Shown: in pieces, positions 39,341 to 49,692 of the stretch
How positions within the stretch are numbered: the stretch's first letter is position 1
How the letters are laid out: the number at the start of each line of letters is the position of its first letter
Origin: Candidatus Microgenomatus sp.
GTDB lineage: Bacteria > Patescibacteriota > Microgenomatia > UBA8517
Direction of reading: 5' to 3'
Length of the DNA: 64,000 bases
NCBI GenBank assembly: GCA_020724555.1
Contig: DYGT01000001.1
Span: forward strand, 65,197 to 129,196
Notes under the pieces: generated by a model
The model's input: only the letters and a program-made list of their open reading frames with translations
Databases searched by the model: none
What the model was told of the DNA's origin: nothing
Translations under genes and position numbers: made by a program

Positions 39341-39666
39341 CTCTCGAATCTGCCCTAAAATATCTCAGTAAACCCCTGTTTGTCGGTTTTGTGATAGCCA
39401 TTGGCCTACTCAATTTTTACACAATTCATTTAATTAAACTGAGGCGCGCGCAAACGGAAAAAAACATTAAACATCAAGAAATAAATTTTTGGAATGATTT
39501 AATCAGACAAAATAGCACCTACCGCGATGCGTATCTGGGGCTTTCATATTTTTACCAAAAAGAAGGAGACCCTGAAATTGCTAAAATATATTTAAAAAAA
39601 GCTTATATGATTGATCCTAACAATGAAGAAGTAAAAGGCGCTTATTCTGAAATTTCTTCCTTTTGA
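39337..39666 (+). CDS. Small TM + TPR protein
   Basis: YRDAYLGL...Y...G....A..YLKKA..IDPNN TPR pattern; ATGA overlap with the valS stop. Confidence 0.7.
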   Translation: MTLESALKYLSKPLFVGFVIAIGLLNFYTIHLIKLRRAQTEKNIKHQEINFWNDLIRQNSTYRDAYLGLSYFYQKEGDPEIAKIYLKKAYMIDPNNEEVKGAYSEISSF

Positions 39667-40331
39667 CCTTCTGAGGTATCCTTATCTGGCTGTTCCTTCT
39701 TACCTCCGCTTTCTTTTTCTGTAATTATCTCCACCTCTTCGGGAGCTTCTTCCTGAGGCTCCGCTTCCTCCTCCTCTTGTGGTGGTTCGACTTTAGCGAC
39801 AATCAATTCAAGGTCTGCTTTAATTTCAACCTTGTTTTTGTCGTATTTCAAATCTTTAAGAGCCAAAGCGTCATCAACCTTTTCCAGGCTTGAGGTATCA
39901 AGTTCAAATTCGTCCGGCAAATCAGTCGGTAGGGCTTCCACTTCTATTTCTAGGATTTGCTGAACGACCGTCCCCTCACCGTTTTTCTCTGCAGGAGCCT
40001 CACCTGTCAGCACAATTGGTACAGTTGCCGTTACTTTTTCTTTTAAATTAACTTGTTTAAAATCTACATGAATCGGTTCGTTAGTTACGGGATGAAGCTG
40101 GATATTGGCAATTAACACAGGATAAGATTTTTTATCTATCATAAGCTCAACGATTCCGGTTTCTCCTACTTTCTCATATAATTCCAAAAAAACTTTTTTT
40201 TCTAATTGGATAGCTTGGGATTTAACTCCTTTACCAAAAATATTTGCTGGCAAAATATTATTGGCTCTTAAATTTTTTACTTTACGGCCGGTAATCTCTC
40301 TTTTTTCAACTGTAATCTTTTGTGTATCCAT
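39642..40331 (-). CDS. rplY: 50S ribosomal protein L25/Ctc
   Basis: R...G..VK.LR...LPA.IFG, Q.HPV....HVDF, acidic tail. Confidence 0.95.
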   Translation of the reverse strand: MDTQKITVEKREITGRKVKNLRANNILPANIFGKGVKSQAIQLEKKVFLELYEKVGETGIVELMIDKKSYPVLIANIQLHPVTNEPIHVDFKQVNLKEKVTATVPIVLTGEAPAEKNGEGTVVQQILEIEVEALPTDLPDEFELDTSSLEKVDDALALKDLKYDKNKVEIKADLELIVAKVEPPQEEEEAEPQEEAPEEVEIITEKESGGKKEQPDKDTSEGQKEEISE

Positions 40332-40332
40332 A

Positions 40333-42897
40333 TTATTTTTTCAAGTAAAGCTCTATATCTTTACCAAGAGCCGTATTATATTCAAAATTATACCCCTCAG
40401 TCAAGAAAGCGGCTTCACTATACGCATCCAGTAATTCGTGGCTTGTAATTTTAATTTCAAATGGGTATGCAGAAACGCCCGATTGTTTTCGCCAATATAA
40501 CCTATATTGGTCGGCATTCTTCGGCAAAACCGGCTCGGTCCATTTATAAGTAAGTGTGGCTTCCGCTTGTGGCACGACGGTTAGTAAAACTCCGGCTTCT
40601 ACACGCCCACTTTTATTACTTAAAATTTCAGGAAAAACCTCCTTTGTTTCATTACCACTTTGAAAAACTACTTTTTCAAAGCGCGCACTGTCATTGGCCA
40701 AAAGTCTAACGTAAGCTTTGTAACCAAATTCCGGTATCTGGCCAAGAGCTTTTGCTTCATTAGAAAAAACTACGCGATAAGTATAATTTATATTTTCAGC
40801 GCCGATTTCGATACTTAATTGCGCCCTTCGCTTTATGTTTACGTTTGCCTTGTTAACACCAACATTATCTTCAACTAAGCCGCCCCACAAACTCACACAA
40901 TTCGGGTATTTACAGGCAGGGTTTAATTCGCCACTCCAACCCAACACACTTGCCATATGGTTAATGCCGGGTTCGTGTATAAATACCTGAATATCGCGTG
41001 CTTCAAAATGCATCACCAATTTTTCAAGAAGCGGCAAATAAGCGCTCCGGTCCAGGCTTGTTAACGAAGCAAGAATTTCATTGGTTAAAGCAGTTAAATA
41101 ATGAGCCTTTTTCCGCGAGCCGGGGAAAAAATCATCCTCAACTTCAAATTGGATTTTTTGATAAAAATTGTCTTGTGTTATGGTGTCATTAAAATCCGTT
41201 ATTTCCAGAGGACCGTTTATTGCTAAATAGCTTCTTAAAACCTCTAAATTTATGCCAATCACACCGTCCACCTGGCGGTTAATAGATTTATCCAAAAACC
41301 ACTCAGCCTTCTGCGCCGATGACACAAAATCCGGATCCCAGTTAGAATCGCGCATGTACCAAGTTGCTTCACCCAGATATTTTTTGATTGGTTCAGGGGG
41401 GGCGACATACCCTTTAAGTTGCCCATCGGCAGAGTAAACATCAAAAACATTAGCGTCTATCAATTTTCCGTTTTCAAATGTAATCAAAGCAAAAGACCCA
41501 ATAAACCCTCCCGTTGCTCTTAGCTCCATGTTGTTTTGCAAAAGCACTAAATATGTCTTGGTCGAATCACTACCCAGTGTTTCTCCCAAGCTGCGGCTTG
41601 TTTCGCGTAAAGCGTATAAATATTTCAAATTATTTTGAACGTCCAGGTTGTCAGGAACAAAACCTGCAAAGAGCGGTTTTAAATTTTTATATTGTCCATA
41701 TGCAAATAAACTCTCTTTATATAAAGCGTCGCTTAATAAAAAAAGCTTATTAGTTTCTGCCTTTAAATCATAACTTTTTCCTAAGACAACGTTTTGCAGC
41801 AAGTTCTCGCTAATTTCTAAAGCGTCTAGGCCCCTTTTCCCGAGTCGTGAGATTTTATAAAGCAAATCAGAGGCATTGTAGGCAGTTTGGGAAACCGATT
41901 TTAATCCCGGAATATTAGACGCCGTACCAAAAAAACCGGAAGAAAAATAAGCTGTGGAACGAGACAGCGTAAACAACGCATCAGATGCACCAAAGTTAGT
42001 TTTTTGTGCCGCCAAGGCTCCTAAATATAAACTGGCAGCCGAGAAGGCCAGTGCCACAAACGGGGTTAGGATAAGCCAAATGAATGCTAAGCAGAGAAAA
42101 AATAGTTTTTTAAATTTAAAAGGGGAGCGTGGTTTTGAAAAAAACTTTTTTTTGTTTGTTGCTTTCTTATACCCTTTTTCCGGAGGCTTGTTAAGCTCAA
42201 TCCTGGCTAAATCTGCGGGGAAAAAAGTTGGCCTTTCAACAGTATTTTCATTTTTCAGAGCCAAAGCAAGTGATTTTATTGTCTCATGATCTAAAGGTGT
42301 ATTAATTATGTGTGAAGATGAAATAATATTTTGGTCTTGACGTTTTTGCTTCCGGTTTATAACCAATCCGGGATTAACACTTTTTAGCTTTGCGGCAAAC
42401 ATTTCTTCAGTGGTTTTTGTAGATAAAGAAATTTCCCGACCGTGAACATAAGTAAACAGTTCGCGAATAATAAAATCGCACGCTTGATTTGCGGATATTG
42501 GATAAAATACTGTTGCAGGAGAGATATTTAAATTATTGCCTTCAATGATCTCTAAAAACCGAGAATTTTTTAAAAAGTTATTTCTTTCAAAATATACATC
42601 CCCTATATAAATTGTTTTAATTTTTGCCGATGTTTGCAAGGTAAGTAGTTTTTGTAACTCCTCATCCTTTGGTCTTTGATCATCAATTAAAGAAAAAACA
42701 AAAAGTACTTTTCCGGAAAGCATGGATAACAAGTTATCGTATTGCGGACTATCACTTGTTAAATGAATAATAACACTATACTGGGCGTTAACAAATTCAT
42801 TAATGCTCGTTACAAACCCTTTATTTTCAAGCTGTAATTTTAACTTCTCAAGAAGTAATAAATTTTTATTCCCATAAAGGGCAACAACTGGATTCAT
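40333..42897 (-). CDS. DUF4012 domain membrane protein
   Basis: YLVLLQNNMELRATGGFIGS, W.MRDSNWDPDF, VDGVI, N.GVNKAN. Confidence 0.85.
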   Translation of the reverse strand: MNPVVALYGNKNLLLLEKLKLQLENKGFVTSINEFVNAQYSVIIHLTSDSPQYDNLLSMLSGKVLFVFSLIDDQRPKDEELQKLLTLQTSAKIKTIYIGDVYFERNNFLKNSRFLEIIEGNNLNISPATVFYPISANQACDFIIRELFTYVHGREISLSTKTTEEMFAAKLKSVNPGLVINRKQKRQDQNIISSSHIINTPLDHETIKSLALALKNENTVERPTFFPADLARIELNKPPEKGYKKATNKKKFFSKPRSPFKFKKLFFLCLAFIWLILTPFVALAFSAASLYLGALAAQKTNFGASDALFTLSRSTAYFSSGFFGTASNIPGLKSVSQTAYNASDLLYKISRLGKRGLDALEISENLLQNVVLGKSYDLKAETNKLFLLSDALYKESLFAYGQYKNLKPLFAGFVPDNLDVQNNLKYLYALRETSRSLGETLGSDSTKTYLVLLQNNMELRATGGFIGSFALITFENGKLIDANVFDVYSADGQLKGYVAPPEPIKKYLGEATWYMRDSNWDPDFVSSAQKAEWFLDKSINRQVDGVIGINLEVLRSYLAINGPLEITDFNDTITQDNFYQKIQFEVEDDFFPGSRKKAHYLTALTNEILASLTSLDRSAYLPLLEKLVMHFEARDIQVFIHEPGINHMASVLGWSGELNPACKYPNCVSLWGGLVEDNVGVNKANVNIKRRAQLSIEIGAENINYTYRVVFSNEAKALGQIPEFGYKAYVRLLANDSARFEKVVFQSGNETKEVFPEILSNKSGRVEAGVLLTVVPQAEATLTYKWTEPVLPKNADQYRLYWRKQSGVSAYPFEIKITSHELLDAYSEAAFLTEGYNFEYNTALGKDIELYLKK

Positions 42898-43063
42898 CTT
42901 CCACTAATCTTACATGCTGGGAAGCTATCTCTCAAGCAAATGCCGACATGTGAAACTATTCGAAAATTATTATCGCAAAAAAGTATCGATTCATTTCATT
43001 AAAGTGGTATTTTTCTTTACACATGAAGGAAATCTCAAACCTTCTTGAGATACGTGAAGAGGT

Positions 43064-43483
43064 CTAATTTTTCATCAAGCCATTAAGCGCCTCGTTAGCA
43101 AGCTTGTCGGCACGTTTATTAAATTCTCTTTTGACATGCAAATAAGTTATCTTAAAAGGTAAGCTTTTTTCCTTTGCTTTTATTTTTAAAACCAGCGGAA
43201 TAAGATGCGGGCTTTTAATTTTATATTCTCCGGTTAATTGTTTTGTGACAAGTTCGGAATCAAAAATAAAATTTACTTTATCAATTTGGTTATCAGCCGA
43301 AAAAGATATCAACCAATCATATGCCATAACGACAGCTTTATATTCAGCTACATTATTTGTAGTAATGCCAACATATTCTGTGTTCTCATATATAAGCTTG
43401 TCTTTGTGATAAGCGCAAAACGCTGTGGCAGCAGGGCCGGGGTTGCCGCGGGATGCCCCATCGCAATAAATTGTAATTTGCAT
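43064..43483 (-). CDS. rnhA: Ribonuclease HI
   Basis: YCDGASRGNPGP, TNNVAEY, DSELV, HV.RE.N..AD.LAN. Confidence 0.93.
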   Translation of the reverse strand: MQITIYCDGASRGNPGPAATAFCAYHKDKLIYENTEYVGITTNNVAEYKAVVMAYDWLISFSADNQIDKVNFIFDSELVTKQLTGEYKIKSPHLIPLVLKIKAKEKSLPFKITYLHVKREFNKRADKLANEALNGLMKN

Positions 43484-43493
43484 AATAGTTATT

Positions 43494-44735
43494 TTAAAGG
43501 CTTTTAATTTTTTTTGCGAGAAGCATTTCTTTTAAAAACATAGTAAAAACCAAAGTTAACATCAACTGTGTTTGTTGCAGCGTCAGCCAATAATGATCAG
43601 CAAGACCCGTTAACAAAATACCAAAAAATGAATAGGAAAGGGGAGTTCCCAAAAAATTTTTTCTCAGCTTTTTGTAAATAAAAACAAAAACCAATATCAG
43701 GCCGACAAAACCTGTTTCACTTAGTAGCAATAAAAAAATATTGTGAACGGGTTGTATCCAATATCTTGCTTCTGCAATTATCAAACTGTGGAATCTTTGA
43801 TAATACGAAAAAATTTCATAGATAAAATTTCCTAGTCCCACACCAAAAAACGGGTTGTCTTTCACCATATAAATACTTACAAGAGATAAGTTATAACGAC
43901 GGCCAATGCTTGGATTTATGTTTGTAAAGTAATAAAAAAATAAAGGAGTTAAAAAAGAAAATAATAAAATAAAGAAAAATGCGAAATTTAATCTGACTTT
44001 AATTTTTGAAAAAAATAAAGAAAAAATTACAATACCCGAAATCCATGCGGCTTGCGAGATAGACAATAGCACCATAATCGAAGCCATAAAAATACTTAAG
44101 TACTTTAAAACTTTTTGGTGAATTGTCGACAAAAGCGGAATTGCAACTAAACTAAAACCTGCCAAGGCGTTCGGGTGGGGAAAAAACGCGTAAGGGCGTA
44201 AATACTCTTTTCCCAAAAACGCAAATCTGGCAATCGATGGTGTATTAACAAAAAAACGCCGCTCTCCCCAAAAATAAAACAATCTGGTTTCTGATTTTTG
44301 CGCTAACAGTTGGAGAGTAAAAGAAAAAAATATAACAAATAAAGATAAGGATAAAACATAAGCAATTTCTTTTGTGGATATATCTTCCAAAAACACATAA
44401 ATCCCTAAATAGATGAATTTATAAAATGTTAACCATTTATAAAGAGCCAGATAAGCATTCGCGCTGAAAGCAACATTGATAATTGAAAAAATAAAAATAA
44501 AAAGAAAATAAAATTTGTATTTTTTAAAAAAACTTAAATAATCTTTTCTATAATCTATATCAAGTAAGCTAACCAACAACAAAACCAATATTAAAATATC
44601 AGTTAAATAAATAGTCGGAGATAAATAATCTATCCGCACGCCCCGCACATAAGACCACTGGGGCCACATATGATAACCAAACTGGGACGGAAGAAAAAAC
44701 AAAAGAAAAAAGAATACTAGTTTACTTGGTTTCAC
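43494..44735 (-). CDS. O-antigen ligase / O-oligosaccharyltransferase (Wzy_C) family protein
   Basis: Multi-TM; RPY..F.HPN.LAG, P.FGVGLGNF, PVHNIFLL.L.E.G. Confidence 0.85.
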   Translation of the reverse strand: MKPSKLVFFFLLFFLPSQFGYHMWPQWSYVRGVRIDYLSPTIYLTDILILVLLLVSLLDIDYRKDYLSFFKKYKFYFLFIFIFSIINVAFSANAYLALYKWLTFYKFIYLGIYVFLEDISTKEIAYVLSLSLFVIFFSFTLQLLAQKSETRLFYFWGERRFFVNTPSIARFAFLGKEYLRPYAFFPHPNALAGFSLVAIPLLSTIHQKVLKYLSIFMASIMVLLSISQAAWISGIVIFSLFFSKIKVRLNFAFFFILLFSFLTPLFFYYFTNINPSIGRRYNLSLVSIYMVKDNPFFGVGLGNFIYEIFSYYQRFHSLIIAEARYWIQPVHNIFLLLLSETGFVGLILVFVFIYKKLRKNFLGTPLSYSFFGILLTGLADHYWLTLQQTQLMLTLVFTMFLKEMLLAKKIKSL

Positions 44736-45204
44736 TTTTTGCAGTCACGATTAGGCAGCGTTCAGCGCCTTCACCTTGAGATTCAGAAGACACGTCGCTG
44801 CGCTGGGAGAGCGCCATATGGATAATTCTTCGCTGAGCAGGGCTTAAATTATATAAATATTGGGGCTCTCCGGTAGAAATGGCACGCTCAGCTGTCTGTT
44901 CTGCTAAATCTTCCAAATAATCCTCATGGCGGCTACGCCAATTGCCGATGTCGAGCCTTACCGGTACCCACTGTCCAACAGACTGCCGTAAAGAAAGCGC
45001 CAAAAAAGATTGGATAGCATTTAAGGTGGAGCCGCGCGAACCAATTAAAAGACCGGATTCTTCGACCTCCTCCATCTCAATCTTGACAACAAAAGTGCCT
45101 TCGTTTTCTTCAACCGAAGTTTCAAAATCAGCGTTAATTGCAAGAAGTTCCAACAAACGTTCAAAAATTTGGTTGGCTGTTGCTTTTAGTTTTTCCGGAT
45201 CCAT
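44722..45204 (-). CDS. jag: Jag/KhpB RNA-binding protein (KH + R3H)
   Basis: LIGSRGSTLNAIQ; RRIIH..L; S.S.GEG..R. Confidence 0.88.
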   Translation of the reverse strand: MDPEKLKATANQIFERLLELLAINADFETSVEENEGTFVVKIEMEEVEESGLLIGSRGSTLNAIQSFLALSLRQSVGQWVPVRLDIGNWRSRHEDYLEDLAEQTAERAISTGEPQYLYNLSPAQRRIIHMALSQRSDVSSESQGEGAERCLIVTAKSETK

Positions 45205-45205
45205 A

Positions 45206-46024
45206 TTAACCACGCAATTGTAGCAAACCCAAGCGTTTAATTAAAGGGGTAAGGCCACCCCATCCCTGGGAGCGGTATTGCTGCACAAACTGAAAGACCG
45301 AAAACGTCACCCAATATAAAGCAAGTCCGGATGGGAAATTAAGTCCGATCAAAAGCGTCATGAGAGGAAGTGTATAAATCATCGAGGACTGAAGCGCCAC
45401 TTGGATATCATCTTTTGCGTCTTTAGTTTTGGCGGCAACTTTTTTTTCTTCCTCAAGATACGGCATTGAAAGCTTTGCTGACAAAAACTGTACTAAGGCT
45501 GCAAGTATCAATATGGGCCCCGGAAGCGAAAAGGGTATAGCTGGTACATTAAATTTATCTGGCTCTGAAACGTCCAAATATAAAAAGCGGGTGTTGATCA
45601 CGGCTCCTTCTTGGAATTGTAATGGCGGGTATAGGCGTTCATTAAATTTAGCGGTAACGTCTTGCCCGGGAACTAAAATAGAAGTAAAAACTTGAAACAG
45701 TGCAATTAAAACCACGAACTGTAATAAATAAGGCAAACAGCCTGCCCCGGGGTTAACCCCTTTCTCGCGAAAAAAATCGGCCTGTGCCTGTCTTAATTTT
45801 AAAGGCTCATCTTTATATTTCTTTTTTAATTTATCAATGTCCTTTTGGTAGTCTTTCATTTTTTTCATTGACTCCAGATAAGGGCGTGTTAGAGGAGTAA
45901 GAACTAAACGAAGAACTACGGTAAAAACTATAATACCAAGGCCCATATTGCCTCCCATTAAGCGGTAAAATAAAGCAAGCCCGTTAACGAGAGGTTCGAT
46001 TAAAATTGTATTTATTATTTCCAT
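45206..46024 (-). CDS. yidC: Membrane protein insertase YidC
   Basis: II.FT..LRL.L.PL, GVNP.AGCLP, FPSGLALYW. Confidence 0.95.
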   Translation of the reverse strand: MEIINTILIEPLVNGLALFYRLMGGNMGLGIIVFTVVLRLVLTPLTRPYLESMKKMKDYQKDIDKLKKKYKDEPLKLRQAQADFFREKGVNPGAGCLPYLLQFVVLIALFQVFTSILVPGQDVTAKFNERLYPPLQFQEGAVINTRFLYLDVSEPDKFNVPAIPFSLPGPILILAALVQFLSAKLSMPYLEEEKKVAAKTKDAKDDIQVALQSSMIYTLPLMTLLIGLNFPSGLALYWVTFSVFQFVQQYRSQGWGGLTPLIKRLGLLQLRG

Positions 46025-46026
46025 TT

Positions 46027-46251
46027 TTATTTAAACGGGACCGGGTCGTAGCCACCTTTGGCAAACGGGTGGCAACGCAATATGCGTTTAACCGACAAAA
46101 ACCCACCTTTAAGAATACCATGTTTGGCAATGGCTTCGTTTGCATAGACTGAGCAAGTTGGCGTATACCTGCAGCCCTTTCCAAACAACAAAAACAAAAG
46201 GGGGGACAATGTTAATTTATAAATTTTTAATAATAAATTATTCATTTGCAA
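46027..46251 (-). CDS. yidD: Membrane protein insertion efficiency factor YidD
   Basis: CRYTPTCS.Y...[19 protein letters not shown]. Confidence 0.95.
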   Translation of the reverse strand: MQMNNLLLKIYKLTLSPLLFLLFGKGCRYTPTCSVYANEAIAKHGILKGGFLSVKRILRCHPFAKGGYDPVPFK

Positions 46252-46586
46252 ATTCTACAGCTTACCAAAGCATCCATTAATTGATTCATAATATCTGAGG
46301 TATAAACCTTGGCAATAGATGGGAAGGCAACAATTACCACATCGTATGCGTTTTCCATACAATATAAACTTCTTCTTATTCCTTCTCGAATGGCTCTTTT
46401 CGTCTTATTACGAACACTTGCGTGAGGACTTATGTCTTTATCAACAATAATTCCAAAACGGGAATTTTTTTGGTTTTTTTTAACAACGTACTGAATTAAA
46501 AAATGTTCAGTTTTGTATCTTTTGCCTTTATTTTTTACAAACAAAAAATCTTCCTGTTCTGTTAAACGGTTTTTTCGCGGCAGCAT
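46242..46586 (-). CDS. rnpA: Ribonuclease P protein component
   Basis: MLP..NRL, RFGI.V.K, A.VRNK.KR..RE. Confidence 0.93.
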   Translation of the reverse strand: MLPRKNRLTEQEDFLFVKNKGKRYKTEHFLIQYVVKKNQKNSRFGIIVDKDISPHASVRNKTKRAIREGIRRSLYCMENAYDVVIVAFPSIAKVYTSDIMNQLMDALVSCRICK

Positions 46587-46587
46587 T

Positions 46588-46722
46588 TTAGTGGGCCAAT
46601 TTTTTACGCCCTTTTTGGCGTCGGCGTTTTAGAATTAGTTTTCCTTTTTTTGAACTATTTCTTTTCAAAAAACCAAATCTGCGTCTTTTAATTTTACTTG
46701 GCTGGTATGTTCTTTTTGTCAT
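46588..46722 (-). CDS. rpmH: 50S ribosomal protein L34 (absent from ORF track)
   Basis: [44 protein letters not shown]. Confidence 0.95.
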   Translation of the reverse strand: MTKRTYQPSKIKRRRFGFLKRNSSKKGKLILKRRRQKGRKKLAH

Positions 46723-46901
46723 GATAAAAAAATTATATTAAGTTAAAGCTTGCAATATCTCGCATTATAAACTGATCTTACTCGAATTTGCAATTCTTGT
46801 AAGAGATTTTGAACCCAAAATTCTATTTCTAAACTTGTAAATTGGAGTATTTTGGGTATAGCAAAAAAAACTTTTTTATACCAATTCGCATTTTTTAGGG
46901 G

Positions 46902-46930
46902 TTGACGTTTTGTGGATAACTCACTACTTT
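46902..46930 (+). promoter_or_regulatory. dnaA promoter with embedded DnaA box
   Basis: TTGACG-N17-TACTTT; TGTGGATAA at 46911-46919 lies in the spacer. Confidence 0.8.
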
Positions 46931-46947
46931 AAGGTCAATCACTATAA

Positions 46948-48327
46948 ATGGAAAAATTTGATAAAGAACAAGTATGGCGTGATGCGCTCCAAAGCGTCAA
47001 GCTTTCTGTTTCTCCTGCAATTTTTCAAACCTGGCTTTCCCAGACTCATTTAGTGAGTTTGCAAAACAAAGGTGAAAAACGCTATTCGGCCGAGGTCGGC
47101 TGCCCTTCTGCCTTCATCAAATCAACCGTTGAAAAGCGCTATTTCGGACTTATTCAAGACGCGCTTATAAAAGCCGTCGAAAGCCCGGTTGATTTAATAT
47201 TCTTAGTTAAAGCACCAACGCAAAAATGGCAAGAAAAAAACACTCAACTACCACCTTTGTTTGATGAAAAAGATACTCAAGCGGAACTAAGGGAGTTGGC
47301 AATAAAAACCAGGCTGCGACCCGGTTTTACTTTTTCCAACTTCGCCGTTTCTGATTCTAATCAAATGGCGCACGCAGCGGCCGAGGCTGTAGCCCAAAAG
47401 CCTGGTATCAACTATAACCCACTATTTATTTGGGGAGGAGTAGGAGTGGGTAAAACGCATTTAATGCATGCGGTTGGTTACCGAATGCTTGAAACAAACA
47501 TGGGGTCAAAAATTATTGTTTGTACCGGAGAAGAATTTACAAACGACATTGTAGAAGGAATCAGAAACAAAACTACACAAAAATTTCGGGATAAATACAG
47601 AAAGGCAAACGCGCTTTTCATAGACGATATTCAATTTATTGCCGGAAAGGACGCGGTACAAAATGAGTTTTTCCATACCTTCAACGCCGTAACCGCTGCC
47701 GGTGGTCAGATAATCCTTACCTCAGACAAGCCACCTACAGAAATTGCCAAACTCGAAGACAGATTAAGAAGCCGCTTTGAAGCCGGATTAATCGTAGACG
47801 TTGCTCCACCCGACTTCGAACTAAGGTGTGCGATTACACAAATAAAAGCCCGGGAAAAAGAATTAGATTTAAGCAATGAAATAGTTCACATGATTGCAGG
47901 GAATATGGATACTGCAAGAAAAATAGAAGGATTATTAGTGAGGCTTTCATCAGAAGTTAAATTAAAAAATGCAGTTATCAGTGAAGAGCTTATCCAAAGC
48001 CTGGTTGGTGCAAACGCTAAAAGCGAAAACTTTGAAAAGCGTTTAAATCCGGATAGCGTTATGGATGCTGTTTGTAAACATTATTCAATTAGTAGACGGG
48101 CAATGACCGGTAAAGCTCGCGCGCGCATAATAGCCAGGCCCCGCCAAGTTTTAATGTACCTACTTCGAACTGAGCTTGGCATGCCTCTTGAAGAAGTGGG
48201 GCGGATGATTGGCGGGAGAGATCATTCCACTGTGATTCACGCTGTGGATAAAATTACCAAATTAGCCTCACAAGATATTAACACGCGTGAAGATATCTTG
48301 CAGATAAAAAATAATTTTGGCGGATAA
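46948..48327 (+). CDS. dnaA: Chromosomal replication initiator DnaA
   Basis: YNPLFIWGGVGVGKTHL, IDDIQF, FFHTFN, RLRSRF, GGRDHSTV.HA. Confidence 0.99.
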   Translation: MEKFDKEQVWRDALQSVKLSVSPAIFQTWLSQTHLVSLQNKGEKRYSAEVGCPSAFIKSTVEKRYFGLIQDALIKAVESPVDLIFLVKAPTQKWQEKNTQLPPLFDEKDTQAELRELAIKTRLRPGFTFSNFAVSDSNQMAHAAAEAVAQKPGINYNPLFIWGGVGVGKTHLMHAVGYRMLETNMGSKIIVCTGEEFTNDIVEGIRNKTTQKFRDKYRKANALFIDDIQFIAGKDAVQNEFFHTFNAVTAAGGQIILTSDKPPTEIAKLEDRLRSRFEAGLIVDVAPPDFELRCAITQIKAREKELDLSNEIVHMIAGNMDTARKIEGLLVRLSSEVKLKNAVISEELIQSLVGANAKSENFEKRLNPDSVMDAVCKHYSISRRAMTGKARARIIARPRQVLMYLLRTELGMPLEEVGRMIGGRDHSTVIHAVDKITKLASQDINTREDILQIKNNFGG

Positions 48328-48529
48328 TTTGTTTATAAATCACCCGCTTATCCACATATAAACAAAAATAACTATATCCTCCACAAATTTATCAACAAAA
48401 GTTTCAAGGCAACAATCTACAATTCCACTAGCGCTTATAGCCAGCGTAATATTCTACTTATCCACACGGCCTACTGCTACTACTACTGTATTAAATAAAT
48501 AAATTATATAAAACAAAAAAATATGACTT
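48328..48529. other. Replication origin oriC
   Basis: TTATCCACA at 48348 and 48458, TTATCAACA at 48389, further near-boxes; box-GGCC-TACTGCTACTACTACT trios-AT-rich tract; lies between dnaA and dnaN. Confidence 0.9.
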
Positions 48530-48565
48530 GTGAATAATCGGCGATGTCATATAATGCATATAAAT

Positions 48566-49669
48566 ATGAATGTGTCTGTTTTTCAAAAAGATTTATCACA
48601 AAGCGTTTTTCTTACCACTCATTTTGTTTCTAAAACCGCTCAACTGCCCATCCTTGAGAACGTGCTTTTAAGAACCAAAAAAAATAAACTTCAATTAATG
48701 GCAACTAATTTAGAAATGTCTGTGCTGGCCAGTGTTGCCGCCAAAGTGTCGGAAGAGGGAGAAATCGCCGTTCCTGCACGTACTTTTTCGGAGATAATTA
48801 CAAATTTACAAAGCGAGCAGGTAAAACTTGAAAGTCATGAAGAAATTTTAAAAATTAAAACAGATACAACAACTGTTGATTTATCCGGCATGAATACATC
48901 GGATTTTCCGGATGTACCTTCACAGATTCCGGACAGTGCTGTTTTTATTCCTGTTTCTGAATTTATCGAAGCTTTAACTCAAGTTAGTTTTGCGGCTTCA
49001 CGCGATGAAACAAGGCCACAGCTGACAGGCATACTTTTTATTATGGAGTCGGGAAGTTTAAAACTTGTTGCCTCAGATGGTTTCCGTTTGTCGCAAAAAA
49101 CTATCAAAGTTCCCGGGGATGCCAAATCCAAAAAAGTGATTATTCCTAAAAATATACTTTTAGAATTGCAAAAAGGTATAAAGGACGAGGATGAACTAAA
49201 GCTTTTTATAAATGAAGAAGATAACGAAGTTTTATTTACTTCGAGTGACTGTGTTTTTAGTAGCCGTGTAATAGAAGGTGAGTTTCCAAATTTTGAGCGT
49301 ATTATTCCCAAGTCCAGTAGTGTTACTGCTAATTTTGATAAAGACGAGTTTGCAAAAGTCATTAAGGTTGCCTCGGTTTTTGCGCGCGATACTGCAAATA
49401 TCGTGATGCTTAAAGTGAATGAGGGAAGTTTGTCTGTCCGGGCTGAAAGTAGCCGTAGTGGGCGCGGCGAAGCAACTATTCCTGCCAAAGTGGAAGGTGA
49501 TCCGGTGGAGATATCTTTTAACTTTAAGTTTATTGAGGACTTTTTGGCAGTTTCAAAATCAAGCGAAATCGAGATCGCTCTCACAAATACAACTTCTCCC
49601 GGAGTTTTTAAGGATATCAGCTCCCCGGATTTTCTTCACTTAATCATGCCTGTAAGGGTGCAAGAGTAG
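48566..49669 (+). CDS. dnaN: DNA polymerase III beta sliding clamp
   Basis: LPIL.NVLL, ATNLE, RP.LTG, VASDGFRLS, EGEFPN...IIP, LIMPVR. Confidence 0.97.
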   Translation: MNVSVFQKDLSQSVFLTTHFVSKTAQLPILENVLLRTKKNKLQLMATNLEMSVLASVAAKVSEEGEIAVPARTFSEIITNLQSEQVKLESHEEILKIKTDTTTVDLSGMNTSDFPDVPSQIPDSAVFIPVSEFIEALTQVSFAASRDETRPQLTGILFIMESGSLKLVASDGFRLSQKTIKVPGDAKSKKVIIPKNILLELQKGIKDEDELKLFINEEDNEVLFTSSDCVFSSRVIEGEFPNFERIIPKSSSVTANFDKDEFAKVIKVASVFARDTANIVMLKVNEGSLSVRAESSRSGRGEATIPAKVEGDPVEISFNFKFIEDFLAVSKSSEIEIALTNTTSPGVFKDISSPDFLHLIMPVRVQE

Positions 49670-49692
49670 ACTAATTGCCGTATACTAAGTCT

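Noticed and set aside
42914-43049. Short plus-strand ORF in the rnhA-DUF4012 gap
   Set aside because: About 44 codons with no motif or clear initiation signal
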